Below, piece by piece: positions 18,421 to 28,480 of a stretch of 64,000 nt of DNA. The position numbers and the translations under genes are program-made. The notes below the pieces were generated by a model, which ran no database searches, had not been told where the DNA came from, and saw only the letters and a program-made list of their open reading frames with translations. Origin of the DNA: Chthoniobacteraceae bacterium (GTDB lineage: Bacteria > Verrucomicrobiota > Verrucomicrobiia > Chthoniobacterales > Chthoniobacteraceae). The stretch is from NCBI GenBank assembly GCA_947449735.1, contig CANFTB010000008.1, positions 4,071 to 68,070 of the forward strand, written 5' to 3'. Positions within the stretch are counted from its first letter, which is position 1. Every line of letters starts with the position of its first letter.

Positions 18421-19041
18421 TTACAGGCGCCCCCTCGTTCCCCTGCCCTTTTCAAGCACGCGCTCCAGCCACACCCCTTCCACGGAATCCAGAGGCTTCA
18501 GCCGCACAAAAACGCGCTCCTCTGTGGAGGCGTCCACCGTCTTGCCCGTGTAATCCGCCGCGATCGGGAGTTCGCGCATGCCGCGGTCGATAAGCACGGC
18601 GTATTCAATGCGGGCGGGGCGACCGAAGCTGGACAAGGCGTCCATTGCGGCGCGGCAGGTGCGGCCGCTTTGCAGAACGTCGTCCACAAGAACAAGGGTC
18701 CCTTCGGAGAGACGCGCGGGGAGGCGGGAAGCCTGGACCGCTCTCAGCGCCTTGAGCGCATTCCCTGCGCCGATGTCGTCCCGGTGCATGGCGATGTCGA
18801 CGGCGCCGCAGAACGGGGCGCTGCCGGCCGCTTCCCGAATGATCGCCCCCAGCCGGGAGGCGAGCTCCACCCCGCGGGAGGGAATCCCGACGAGCGAAAA
18901 AGAGGCGGGGTCGGGGTGCCTTTCGAGAATTTCGCGGGCGATACGCTCCAGCGAACGGTCCAGCGCGGCCGCATCCAGCAAACTGAGGGCGGTGTCGGGC
19001 GGTTGCTGCGACGGTTGGGGCTGGGACGAAACCTCGGGCAC
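18421..19041 (-). CDS. pyrR: Bifunctional pyr operon regulator / uracil phosphoribosyltransferase PyrR
   Basis: PRTase motif [13 protein letters not shown] and overall PyrR-like sequence ([13 protein letters not shown]...). GTG start at 19041. It lies directly upstream of pyrB. Confidence 0.85.
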   Translation of the reverse strand: MPEVSSQPQPSQQPPDTALSLLDAAALDRSLERIAREILERHPDPASFSLVGIPSRGVELASRLGAIIREAAGSAPFCGAVDIAMHRDDIGAGNALKALRAVQASRLPARLSEGTLVLVDDVLQSGRTCRAAMDALSSFGRPARIEYAVLIDRGMRELPIAADYTGKTVDASTEERVFVRLKPLDSVEGVWLERVLEKGRGTRGRL

Positions 19042-19089
19042 GGGCGTGGCGGCTCTGGAAAAGTTGTTTAAGCGTCGTTTAAGGACCGG

Positions 19090-19320
19090 TCAGACCGCCT
19101 TGGTAAAGGGGACCCCCGCCTGGCGCTGCTGCCTCCAGCTCGTGCGGAAGCGCAGGACCCAGTCGAGGAGCGCCTTTTCAAAGCCGATGTCGTGGCCGGC
19201 CTTTTCGCTTTCAATCCACTTGTGACGGAGGATTTCCTCCCGTTCAGCAAGGAACTCCTTGTACAGCGGAGATTCCTGGGCCTTGGAATCTGTTTTTTTA
19301 TCCGTAGGGGTAGAGCTCAT
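19090..19320 (-). CDS. Small conserved hypothetical protein (76 aa)
   Basis: Clean ORF with an ATG start, containing the helix motif EILRHKWIESEKAGHDIGFEKALLDWV (reminiscent of HxW.xSE.AG.D.G motifs). It ends 48 nt upstream of pyrR on the same strand. Confidence 0.55.
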   Translation of the reverse strand: MSSTPTDKKTDSKAQESPLYKEFLAEREEILRHKWIESEKAGHDIGFEKALLDWVLRFRTSWRQQRQAGVPFTKAV

Positions 19321-19361
19321 TTCTGGATTGGTTCTAGGGGGTGAGAATCAGCGCCGCCAGC

Positions 19362-20438
19362 CTAGTGGGCTTTCAGGGGATTTTCCAGTATCTGCCGCAA
19401 AGAATTCGCGATGCTTGTAAAACAGGCCGCTGACGGGCCTTCCGGGGCGGAAGCGGTGACGGGCAGCCCCTGGTCACCCGCCTCGCGGGTCGGAATGTCG
19501 ATGGGAACCTGCGCCAGAAGGGGCACGCCGAGGCGCGCGGCCTCGCGCTGGCCGCCGCCGTTGCCGAAGATGTCGTAGCGCACGCCGTCCGAAGGACAGA
19601 GGAAATAGCTCATATTCTCGATCAGCCCGAGCACGGGAACGTTGACCTTTTGGAACATGCTGGCCGCCTTGCGGGCGTCAATGAGGGCGACCTCCTGCGG
19701 CGTCGTCACAATCACCGCGCCGGCCAGGGCCACGGTCTGGACGATCGTCAACTGGATGTCCCCAGTTCCGGGCGGCAGGTCGAGAATCAGGTAGTCCAAA
19801 TCGCCCCAGTCCACCTGCCGCAGAAACTGCTGGGTGTACTTCGTGACCATGGGCCCGCGGAGCACCGCCGGAGCGCCGTCCTCCAGAAGGAACCCCATGC
19901 TCATCAGGCGAAGGCCGTAGCGCTCCACAGGCTGGATCTTTCCGGTCTCGGAATCGGCAAAAGGCCGCTGCTGGGTGCCGAACATGAGCCCGATGCTGGG
20001 GCCGTACAGATCGCAGTCGCAGAGTCCGACCGACGCACCGGTGCGCTCCAGCGCCACTGCGAGGTTCGCAGCGACGGTGCTTTTGCCCACGCCGCCCTTG
20101 CCGCTGGCAACGGCCACTACAAACTTGACCCCTTCGATGGCGGCGGCGGCCGTGGCAGCGGCAGCAGAGGGTCCGGCCGTCTGGGCGGGGGCCTGAACGT
20201 CGATCCGAACCACCACGGATTCCGCGCCGGCCAGCTCCTGAAGCAGCGCCTCGGAGTCCGCCTTGATTTTCTGGGGGACTTTGAGGTCCGCCGTAGTCAG
20301 GGACATCTGAACCGTCACAGTACCGCCCTCGATCTGGACCTTTTTGACCAGTCCGAACGACACGATGTCGCGCGAAAAGCCGGGATATTTCACCCCGGCG
20401 AGTTTTTCGAGAACGTGGGATTCCTGAAGCGTTGACAT
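19362..20438 (-). CDS. apbC: Mrp/NBP35 (ApbC) Fe-S cluster carrier ATPase with N-terminal DUF59/MIP18-like domain
   Basis: SGKGGVGKST deviant Walker A, a CDCDLYGPS region, DLPPGTGD, and an N-terminal segment VKYPGFSRDIVSFGLVK. I prefer the MSTLQES start at 20438. Confidence 0.88.
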   Translation of the reverse strand: MSTLQESHVLEKLAGVKYPGFSRDIVSFGLVKKVQIEGGTVTVQMSLTTADLKVPQKIKADSEALLQELAGAESVVVRIDVQAPAQTAGPSAAAATAAAAIEGVKFVVAVASGKGGVGKSTVAANLAVALERTGASVGLCDCDLYGPSIGLMFGTQQRPFADSETGKIQPVERYGLRLMSMGFLLEDGAPAVLRGPMVTKYTQQFLRQVDWGDLDYLILDLPPGTGDIQLTIVQTVALAGAVIVTTPQEVALIDARKAASMFQKVNVPVLGLIENMSYFLCPSDGVRYDIFGNGGGQREAARLGVPLLAQVPIDIPTREAGDQGLPVTASAPEGPSAACFTSIANSLRQILENPLKAH

Positions 20439-20531
20439 CCTCTCAGCATCCTCGGAGCCGAGGGTCCAAGGCAAGCTCGCCGAAAACAGGGGCAAAACCC
20501 GCCGCCGGGCCGGCACCGCGAGGATCCGCGC

Positions 20532-21491
20532 CTACTTGACGATGCACTGTTCGAGATGCTGCCGGATGCGGGCCTCGTCGATTTCCTTGCCGATGAAGAC
20601 CAGCTGGCTGCTGCGGGTCTCGCCCTTTTCCCAAAGGCGGTCCCAGAGCAGGGTGAAGCGGTTGTTCACCCCGTGGAACACGGCGCGCCGTGGGTTTCCA
20701 TCGATCCAGAGGAAGCCCTTGGAGCGGTAGATCTTTTCCTTTTCCGAGAGTTCCTGCACGAAAAGTTCGAGCGCCTCGACGCTGAAGGGCTTGGTGAACT
20801 CGAAGGACACGGAGTTGATCTCGTGGTGGTGCCGCTGGCTGAGTTCGTCCAGAAACTTGGGGTCCACCTCCAGCTTCCGGTCGATGTCGAAGGCGTGCAT
20901 GTCGAGGAGCTCCTTCAAGTTGACCTCCGAACGGCTGGTGCGGAACAGGGTCGCCTGGGAGTTGAGGGCGAGAATTTCGCGCTCCGCCGCCTGAAGGCCG
21001 GCTTCGTCGACCAGGTCGGTTTTGTTGAGGAGGATGAAGTCCGCCATGCGGATCTGCTCCCGGGAGGTCTCGGTTTCCTTGAGCTGCTTGAGAATCTGCT
21101 CGGCGTCGACGACGGTGATGATGGAGTCCATCCGCACGAGCTGCTGGAGCTGCGGGATATTGAGGAAGGTCTGGGCGATGGGGCCGGGGTCGGCGATGCC
21201 GGTCGTCTCGATCAGGAGGTAGTCAAATCCCCCCTTTTTGAGAAGGTTCTGAACACCGCGCACGAGATCCTTCCGGACCGTGCAACAGAGGCAGCCGTTG
21301 CTCATCTCGACGATTTCCTCCTGCTGGCGCTCGACGAGCTGGCCGTCCACGCCGATTTTGCCCACCTCGTTGATGATGACGGCGAACTTGTACCCGTGCT
21401 GCTGCTTGAGGATGTAGTTGAGCAGGGTGGTCTTCCCCGCTCCGAGGAAACCGGTGAGAATGCTAACAGGGAGAGGTTTGGGCTGCGACAT
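20532..21491 (-). CDS. COG0523 / CobW-family G3E GTPase (putative metallochaperone)
   Basis: [13 protein letters not shown]-loop, the CxCC motif NGCLCCTV, and [10 protein letters not shown] prefer the MSQPKPLP start at 21491. Confidence 0.85.
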   Translation of the reverse strand: MSQPKPLPVSILTGFLGAGKTTLLNYILKQQHGYKFAVIINEVGKIGVDGQLVERQQEEIVEMSNGCLCCTVRKDLVRGVQNLLKKGGFDYLLIETTGIADPGPIAQTFLNIPQLQQLVRMDSIITVVDAEQILKQLKETETSREQIRMADFILLNKTDLVDEAGLQAAEREILALNSQATLFRTSRSEVNLKELLDMHAFDIDRKLEVDPKFLDELSQRHHHEINSVSFEFTKPFSVEALELFVQELSEKEKIYRSKGFLWIDGNPRRAVFHGVNNRFTLLWDRLWEKGETRSSQLVFIGKEIDEARIRQHLEQCIVK

Positions 21492-21642
21492 AACGATCCC
21501 CCTAGCCTTGGCTGGGAATCGCCCAAACCGCAAGACAGCACAATCAGGGAAAATCTCCCCCACCCCCCCTCCGTAAGGAGGCGGAGGATCCAGCAAATCT
21601 ACAATCGCACTATGACGCGGGGTCGTCTATGGTGCCCGCCGG

Positions 21643-22668
21643 ATGAAATTTATCGCGAGCGTTTACGACAGGTTGCGCAAAAGCCCGAAGCGGGTTGTGT
21701 TTCCTGAAGGCACCGAACCCCGGGTGCAAAGGGCGGCGGCTCGTTTTGTAAAACTGGGCCTGGGAACGCCCGTGCTTCTGGGGCCGCGCGCCGAAATCGA
21801 GGCGGTCGCGGTGCGGGAACAGGTCAACCTCGACCATATGGGGGTCATCGATCCGGCGAAGGCCGAGGATCTCCCCCAGTTCTGCGAGCGCCTGGAAAAA
21901 CTCAAGCGGTACCGGGACATCGGCCCCTCGGCCTCCATTTCAACCATGTCGAAGCCGAATTATTTCGGCGCCATGATGGTCCAGTACGGCCAGGCAGACG
22001 CCATCGTGACCGGCGCCGACGAAGAAGCCTCGAGCACGCTGCGCCCCCTGCTCCAGCTCATCAGCCCCCTGGCGCACCTCAAAAGCGTGTCGTCCTGCAT
22101 GGCCCTGGACCTTTCCAACAAACGCTACGGCGAACGCGGCGTCATGTTCTTCGCCGACTGCGCGGTCATCCCGGAACCCACCGTCGACCAGCTGGCGGAC
22201 ATCGCCGTGGAAACGGGGATCACCTGCCGGACGCTCACGGGGATGAAGCCCCGGATCGCGATGCTCTCCTTCACCACGCACAGCAGCGGGCGCCTGCCCG
22301 GGCCCGCCAAGGTGGCGGCGGCGACGGCGCTTGCGCGGCAGCGGGCGAGCCAGCGGGGCATCGAGATGGAAATCGACGGAGAAATGCAGGCCGACACCGC
22401 CCTGCTTCCCGAACTGGGCAGAATCAAGGCCCCGCAGAGCCTGGTGGCCGGCCGCGCCAACGTCCTAATCTTTCCCGACCTCGCGAGCAGCAACATCGCG
22501 GTGAAGCTCGTCCAGTACCTCGCCGGCGCGGAAACCTACGGGCAGCTGCTCCTGGGGCTGTCACGCCCCTGCGCCGACCTGTCGCGCGGTGCCACGGAGG
22601 AAAACATCCTGGGGGTGGCCTCCATTGTGGCCCTGCAGGCGGTTGAAAGCCGGAAAGTCATCCTTTAA
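21643..22668 (+). CDS. pta: Phosphate acetyltransferase, catalytic PTA_PTB domain only
   Basis: 341 aa. Begins KRVVFPEGTEPRVQRAA and ends ...NVLIFPDLASSNIAVKLVQ...GP.L.GLS.P..DLSRG, typical of short Pta enzymes. Confidence 0.85.
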   Translation: MKFIASVYDRLRKSPKRVVFPEGTEPRVQRAAARFVKLGLGTPVLLGPRAEIEAVAVREQVNLDHMGVIDPAKAEDLPQFCERLEKLKRYRDIGPSASISTMSKPNYFGAMMVQYGQADAIVTGADEEASSTLRPLLQLISPLAHLKSVSSCMALDLSNKRYGERGVMFFADCAVIPEPTVDQLADIAVETGITCRTLTGMKPRIAMLSFTTHSSGRLPGPAKVAAATALARQRASQRGIEMEIDGEMQADTALLPELGRIKAPQSLVAGRANVLIFPDLASSNIAVKLVQYLAGAETYGQLLLGLSRPCADLSRGATEENILGVASIVALQAVESRKVIL

Positions 22669-22676
22669 AAAGCGCC

Positions 22677-23786
22677 ATGAACACGGTCACTCCGCGCATC
22701 TTTGTCGCGGCCACTGAGCAAAACGACGGCAAGACGACCACCTGTCTCGGACTGTTCGCCGCCCTCCGCAACCGGCTGGGCCGGATCGGCTACATCAAAC
22801 CGGTCGGGCAGCGGTTCGTCACCATCGACGGGCGGAACATCGACGAGGACACGGTTCTGATCGACGAAACCTACAAGGTGCACACCCCGCTGGAAGCGAT
22901 GAGCCCCATCGCCGTCGAGCCAGATTTCACCCGCAAATACATCGAGACCTCCAACCACGAGGCCCTCGTGCGGCGCATTAAAAACTCCTTCGACCGGGCG
23001 GCCTGGGAAAAGGACTTCGTCATCATCGAAGGCAGCGGCCATGCGGGCGTGGGATCCGTATTCGACCTCTCAAACGCAAGCGTCGCCCGGCATCTCAAAA
23101 GCAAGGCGATCCTCATCACCCGGGGAGGCATCGGCCGCCCGGTGGACGAAATCGCGCTCAACAAGGCGCTGTTTCAGCAGGAAGGCGTGGAGGTCATCGG
23201 CGCGATCGTCAACAAGGTCCTGCCCTCCAAGCTGGAGACGGTCCGGGAATTCGCAGGCCGCGGGCTGGAGCGCCTGGGCGTCGAACTGCTCGGCTGCATT
23301 CCCGAAGACCCGGTCCTTTCGAAGCCGAACCTGGGGCAGATTTGCAAAACGATCCGCGGCCGTTTCCTCCACGGCGGCGAGCGCTCGCGGCGCAAGGTCA
23401 AGAAGGTGGTCATCGGCGCCATGAGTACGGCGCGCGTGACGGACTTTTTCTCCCCCGGCACTCTGATCATCTCGCCCGGGGACCGCGAGGACATCCTGCT
23501 GGCGGCCCTCACCTCCGTGGACCAAAGCACGCCCGAAGGCCACCGGCTTGCGGGCCTGGTGCTCTCGGGCGACGTGCTTCCCGACGCCCCGCTTCTGGAG
23601 TTGCTGCGCAAGTCGAACCTGCCGGTGATCAGTTCGCCGATGGACAGCTACGACGTTGCGAGCAACATCCACTCGATGACGATCAAGACGCTGCCCGGCG
23701 ACCAGGAAAAGATCGCCAAGATCCAGGCGATGATCGAGCGCGAGGTGCGGGTGGACCGGATTCTGGAAAAGATCGCGAAGCCGTAA
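22677..23786 (+). CDS. Pta N-terminal-type protein (BioD-like P-loop/AAA_26 + DRTGG domains) encoded as a separate gene
   Basis: IFVAATEQNDGKTTTCLGL P-loop-like start, IIEGSGHAGVGS, and a DRTGG-type segment LIISPGDREDILLAAL. It starts 8 nt after the pta stop. Confidence 0.7.
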   Translation: MNTVTPRIFVAATEQNDGKTTTCLGLFAALRNRLGRIGYIKPVGQRFVTIDGRNIDEDTVLIDETYKVHTPLEAMSPIAVEPDFTRKYIETSNHEALVRRIKNSFDRAAWEKDFVIIEGSGHAGVGSVFDLSNASVARHLKSKAILITRGGIGRPVDEIALNKALFQQEGVEVIGAIVNKVLPSKLETVREFAGRGLERLGVELLGCIPEDPVLSKPNLGQICKTIRGRFLHGGERSRRKVKKVVIGAMSTARVTDFFSPGTLIISPGDREDILLAALTSVDQSTPEGHRLAGLVLSGDVLPDAPLLELLRKSNLPVISSPMDSYDVASNIHSMTIKTLPGDQEKIAKIQAMIEREVRVDRILEKIAKP

Positions 23787-23901
23787 TCCGGTGGCCTGAG
23801 GCAGGGAGAGCACCCCGACACCGGCACGCAATGAAGCGTGACACCCATTCTTTGCAGACGCTGAGTTTACATCCTGCGCCATCCGAGATGCCATCCACGT
23901 A

Positions 23902-25341
23902 ATGGAACCAGCGCTGGAAGTATTCACCGAAGAACTTGAAGCACTCGCCAGTAAGCCTTCGGTTCCCGGCGTCGTCGCCCTTTTAGGAAGCTCGACCTTC
24001 CGCCTCTGGGAAAATTGTGAATTAGACTGCGCCCCCCTTCCCGTCCTGAATCTGGGCTTTGGAGGGAGCACGCTTGCAGACTGCGCGGCAGCATTTCAAG
24101 TATTGCTCCGAAACCACAGTCCTTCAGCACTAGTCCTTTATGCTGGAGACAACGACCTAGATCAGGGGGCGCAGATTCATGAAATCACGGCCTCATTCCG
24201 CTCGATTTTACACCAGGCGCGCGAAGCCTTTGGAGCGAATCTCCCGATCTGCATGATCTCCATCAAACCAAGCCCTTCTCGATGGGGGTTGGGGGGAAGG
24301 ATTCGATCCGCAAATCGGGCATTGGAAGAGGAATGCCATGCCCACGAAAACGTTTGGTACCTCGACATTCTTCCCAACATGCTCGACGGCGACCTCCGCC
24401 CCAGGCGCAAGCTTTTCGGTGCCGACATGCTGCATCTCTCGGCCTCAGGATACGCGATCTTGAGCTCGGCCATACGCCACTGGCTTGAGAGCGTGGGCCT
24501 CAGCACTGCCCAGCCAGCCACTGGCTGGAGCGAGGTTCCGGCCTCCCCCCTACTGCCAAGAACCCAGCGACTCCATCGCAACGGGGCCCACGGCGAAGAC
24601 ACCGGCGAGATCCGTCGCGCGTATCATGTATGGCACAGTCCGAACCTCGGACGCGAAATGGAGTTGCTCGTATTCGGTCACGCAGGACCACGCTTGCTTG
24701 TGTTTCCCTCACGGATGGAACGATTTTACGAATGGGAAAACCGGGGGATGATCCACGCCTGCCACGAGGCATTGACCGAAGGCCGCCTGCAGCTCTGGTG
24801 CTTGGACAGCATCGACTCCGAAAGCTTTTTCGCTTTTGAAAAGCCCCCGGCCCAACGGGTGGAGCGTCACACTCAGTTTGAACGCTACGTGCTCGAGGAA
24901 GTCCTGCCTTTGGCAAACCAGATCAACCCGGGAACGCCCCTTGGCACCGCCGGTTGCAGCATGGGAGCCTTTCATGCGGCATCGCTGGCGTTCAGACATC
25001 CGGATCTTTTTCAAAGGATCGTCGCGTTTAGCGGCCGGTACGACCTGTCGTACGGGTACGGCGCCGAATATCCTGACCTTTTTCAGGGCTACCGAGAGCT
25101 GCCCCTCTATTTCCTGATGCCCAACCAGTTTTTACCAAACCTTACCTGCCCTGCCATCTTGGGCCGCCTCCGCGAAATGGAAGTGCTTCTTGCCGTGGGG
25201 GAGGCCGATCCCTTGCGGCACAGCAACGAAGCACTTTCCCGCATCCTGTGGGGCAGAGGCATTTCGCACCAACTCAAGCTCTGGGTCGGTCAGGCCCACC
25301 GCTTCCGTGTCTGGCGGCAAATGGCACGCATCTACCTCTGA
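23902..25341 (+). CDS. Fusion protein: N-terminal SGNH/GDSL-like hydrolase + C-terminal esterase (alpha/beta hydrolase, esterase-D-like)
   Basis: N-terminal half: VALLGSSTFRLWE, YAGDNDL, DMLHLSASGY (SGNH blocks). C-terminal half: MELLVFGHAGPRLLVFPS and the nucleophile elbow GCSMGAFHAASLAFRHPDLF. Confidence 0.65.
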   Translation: MEPALEVFTEELEALASKPSVPGVVALLGSSTFRLWENCELDCAPLPVLNLGFGGSTLADCAAAFQVLLRNHSPSALVLYAGDNDLDQGAQIHEITASFRSILHQAREAFGANLPICMISIKPSPSRWGLGGRIRSANRALEEECHAHENVWYLDILPNMLDGDLRPRRKLFGADMLHLSASGYAILSSAIRHWLESVGLSTAQPATGWSEVPASPLLPRTQRLHRNGAHGEDTGEIRRAYHVWHSPNLGREMELLVFGHAGPRLLVFPSRMERFYEWENRGMIHACHEALTEGRLQLWCLDSIDSESFFAFEKPPAQRVERHTQFERYVLEEVLPLANQINPGTPLGTAGCSMGAFHAASLAFRHPDLFQRIVAFSGRYDLSYGYGAEYPDLFQGYRELPLYFLMPNQFLPNLTCPAILGRLREMEVLLAVGEADPLRHSNEALSRILWGRGISHQLKLWVGQAHRFRVWRQMARIYL

Positions 25342-25390
25342 TCAACTCGGGATCAGCGTCGAAATTCCTGCGAAAGGTCTCCAAGCAACC

Positions 25391-28300
25391 TCACCGCGCT
25401 TCCTTCCGCATCAGGTAGGCAAACAGATCCCGCAATTCGGCGGCGCTGAGTCCTCCGAGCAAACCCTCGGGCATCACGGACACGGGGTTGGCCTCCAGCG
25501 ACGCGATGTCGGTCTGGCGCAGCGCCGTTTTCTGGCCCGCGAGGTCGCGCAACACCACGCCCGTGGCGTTCTGCGCGTCTAGCATCCCAGTCAGGATCTG
25601 CCCGTTGTTGAGTCGGGCCGTATAGCTCCCGTAGCCTTCCCGGATTTCGAGGCTCGGATACACGATGTTGTCGACCCAGAACTCCGGGTTCCCCCGCTCG
25701 TACCCCGTCAGTTCCGGCCCTATATCCCCGCCTTCGGCAAAGAGCTTGTGGCAGGAAGCGCAGCGCGTCTGAAAATGCGCCCGGCCCTTGTCCGGGTCGC
25801 CCTCGCCGCCGGCGAGCGCCTGGCGCAGCTGTTTCGCCTCCTCCGCCTTCGCCTCCATCGACACGACCCCCAGGGCCCCCTTCCAATGCCGCTCCAGCGC
25901 GGTTTCAATCGCGGGATCCCGGTGCTGCCGCAACAGATTCAAAGCCTCCGGCGTGAAATGCTTTACCGGAACCTTCCAGGCATCCACCGCCTCTACAAGA
26001 GCCCGGGCCCATTCCAGGCGCCCCGCCAAAACCGCAAGCGCCGCATCCCGAACCGGCTTGTCGCCCGCAAACTTGGCCTCGTAGCCGCCCAGCACCGCGT
26101 TCGGAATCGCCATGTCGGAGTAACGAGCCGCAGCCTGCAACACCCCGCGCTTCAGCCCCGGCGCCGTGGCACCATTGGACAAAAGGGACACGAACACAGG
26201 CACCGCTTCAGCGCGCCCCAACGCGGCGAGCCCGTTGGCAACGGCAAGCCTCTCGGAGGTTTTGGCCTTTGGATCCGCCAGAAGTTTTAAAGCCGCCTGA
26301 ACGGCCCCCGCCTCGCCGCTACGCAGAGCCGAAGCCAGCGCACCTCCGGAACTGTTTTCCAGATGCGAGCGCAGTGCCCTGCCAAGCACCTCCGGAAGCT
26401 TGGGAATTTCCGTTCCCTCAAAAGCGGCGGCCACCCCGGAGACCAGCTTCTCCCTGAGCGGCCCGTCGGGCAGAAGCTCCCACAGTTTGGCGCACGCCTG
26501 CACTTCGGCGGCCACTCCGCCCGCGGCAAGCCGCTGCCCAAGCCGCTGCACAAGATGCTCCTTGAAAACAGGCGAGGCTGCGAACGCGCCCTGGCCTTCA
26601 ATAAAAGCGAGCACCGCGGCGGGATCCGTGCCGCACTTGGACTCGAGCGCCCACCACGCCAGCAACGGAAGGTGCGTCTCCTCCGGCGGAAGCGGCCGCT
26701 CGACAGCCCGCAGCAACGGAAGCCCCGCAGCGGCGGGAAGGCGCTTCGCAGTCGCAAGGAGTTGCGCGCGCACCTCGAGGTGTTCCTCGGTTTGCGCAAG
26801 TGCTGCGAGGGGCGCCGCGCAATCGGCCCAGGCGGCCCCTTTTTCCCCGACGATTTTGACCGCCCAACGGCGGATGTAGGGATCGGGATGCGTCAAACAT
26901 CCGGCCGCCCGGGTGGCGTCCACCGCGTCCAGCAGGTCCAACGCAAACAGCGCATCCAGCGCATGCGGGTCCCCCGGCGTCCCCAGCTTTTCCAGCAGGG
27001 CCGGCACGAGTTCCTTCAGCTGGCGCCACCCGATTTCCAACGCCGCCTGCCTCCGGAACCAACGGTTCCCATCAGACAGACGCGCGAGCAGGCCGGCGGG
27101 GGCTTCGGTGTGCAGGTCGAACGGAGCGACCCGCGGGACGGCCGCCTCCGGGCGCACCCGGTAGATGCGGCCGCTTGTTTTGTGCCAATCATCCACCGGG
27201 CGCACGTGACTGAGGCGCGTGTCGTACCAGTCCGCGAGGTAGAGCGCGCCGTCCGGGCCCACCTTGGCGTCCACGGGGCGGAACCAGCGGTCCGTGCTGC
27301 TGAGCAAGTCCACCTGGTCGACGGTGCGGAAGGTCGAGCCGTCGGGGATCCTGTCGCTCAGATAGACCAGGTTGGCCAGTGAATTGGGGGCGATGATGCA
27401 GCCGTCCAGTCTGGCGTCGAAAAGGCCGCCCTCGTAGACGACGAAGGCCTGGGGAAAGCGCCTGGCGTCGCCTTCGTGCCGCATGTGGTTGAACCAGCCG
27501 TACGCGTGGGAATTGGTGAGCGGTCCGTGTTTTCCCCAGCTCTTCACCCCGTAGCTTCCCTGTTCATAGTGCATTCCCCGGGTACCGCCGCCGTTCGTGC
27601 CGGAGAACACGCGCCCCTTGGAGTCGATGTCCAAACTGAACGTGTTTCCGCCGCCCTCGGCGTATACCTCGAACCTGCGGCTTGCGGGGTGATACCGCCA
27701 GATGCACTGGCCCTCCCAGCGGACGTTTTTGGAAACCGCCGAGCTGACATTGCCCGTGGTGGTGCTGCCGTTCGCGCCGTACAACCAGCCGTCCACGCCC
27801 CACTGGAGGCTGTTTGCCACGGAATGCGTGTCCTCCATGCCGAAGCCGCTCAGGACAACCTCGGGGTCGCCGTCGGGTTTGCCGTCGGAATCCGCATCGG
27901 GATAGCGCAGCAAATAGGGAGGGTTGAGCACCCAGACGGCGCCCGCGCCGGGAAGCGCGGCGCTCACGATATTCAAACCGCCCAAAACATCCGTGTGCCG
28001 TTCAAAAAAACCATCGCCATCGGCGTCCTCAAAAAAAGTCACCTTGTCCTCGCCCGGATTGCCCTTGGGGGGCGGCAGGGGAACCCGGTCAAAACGGGCG
28101 CGCAGATGGCTGTCGTAGCTAACCACCTTGAGCCCCGCGGGAAACTGGTACTGCCGGTACTGGACGACCCAAAGGCGCCCGCGGGAGTCCCAGTTCATGT
28201 AAAGCGGCTGCTCGACGTCGGGCTCCGCGGCCATGAGGTCCACGGCAAAACCGAGGCGGGGGTGAAACTGCCGCAGCGCCTCTTTCGCGGGGGTGGGGGA

Positions 28301-28480
28301 CGAGCCGTCACTGAGGGTTCCGCGGCCCTCGTACGTTTCCATGATCTTGCGCACCTGTTCATTGCCGGCAGCGGCAGCGGCGGAGGGGGTGGACGCGGGG
28401 GCGGCTGCCTGCGAGGGCAGCGACTGCAGGACCAAGAGCGCCGTTAAGGGGAACAGGGTACGACGGAACATGCAGCCCAT
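25391..28480 (-). CDS. PVC-type heme-binding CxxCH protein (beta-propeller dehydrogenase-like domain + HEAT repeats + C-terminal cytochrome c)
   Basis: Signal peptide, an N-terminal propeller region (EDADGDGFFERH, YLADWYD), a central HEAT-like helical repeat region, and a C-terminal CASCHKLF heme motif with downstream PEGLL. 1029 aa. Confidence 0.8.
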   Translation of the reverse strand: MGCMFRRTLFPLTALLVLQSLPSQAAAPASTPSAAAAAGNEQVRKIMETYEGRGTLSDGSSPTPAKEALRQFHPRLGFAVDLMAAEPDVEQPLYMNWDSRGRLWVVQYRQYQFPAGLKVVSYDSHLRARFDRVPLPPPKGNPGEDKVTFFEDADGDGFFERHTDVLGGLNIVSAALPGAGAVWVLNPPYLLRYPDADSDGKPDGDPEVVLSGFGMEDTHSVANSLQWGVDGWLYGANGSTTTGNVSSAVSKNVRWEGQCIWRYHPASRRFEVYAEGGGNTFSLDIDSKGRVFSGTNGGGTRGMHYEQGSYGVKSWGKHGPLTNSHAYGWFNHMRHEGDARRFPQAFVVYEGGLFDARLDGCIIAPNSLANLVYLSDRIPDGSTFRTVDQVDLLSSTDRWFRPVDAKVGPDGALYLADWYDTRLSHVRPVDDWHKTSGRIYRVRPEAAVPRVAPFDLHTEAPAGLLARLSDGNRWFRRQAALEIGWRQLKELVPALLEKLGTPGDPHALDALFALDLLDAVDATRAAGCLTHPDPYIRRWAVKIVGEKGAAWADCAAPLAALAQTEEHLEVRAQLLATAKRLPAAAGLPLLRAVERPLPPEETHLPLLAWWALESKCGTDPAAVLAFIEGQGAFAASPVFKEHLVQRLGQRLAAGGVAAEVQACAKLWELLPDGPLREKLVSGVAAAFEGTEIPKLPEVLGRALRSHLENSSGGALASALRSGEAGAVQAALKLLADPKAKTSERLAVANGLAALGRAEAVPVFVSLLSNGATAPGLKRGVLQAAARYSDMAIPNAVLGGYEAKFAGDKPVRDAALAVLAGRLEWARALVEAVDAWKVPVKHFTPEALNLLRQHRDPAIETALERHWKGALGVVSMEAKAEEAKQLRQALAGGEGDPDKGRAHFQTRCASCHKLFAEGGDIGPELTGYERGNPEFWVDNIVYPSLEIREGYGSYTARLNNGQILTGMLDAQNATGVVLRDLAGQKTALRQTDIASLEANPVSVMPEGLLGGLSAAELRDLFAYLMRKEAR

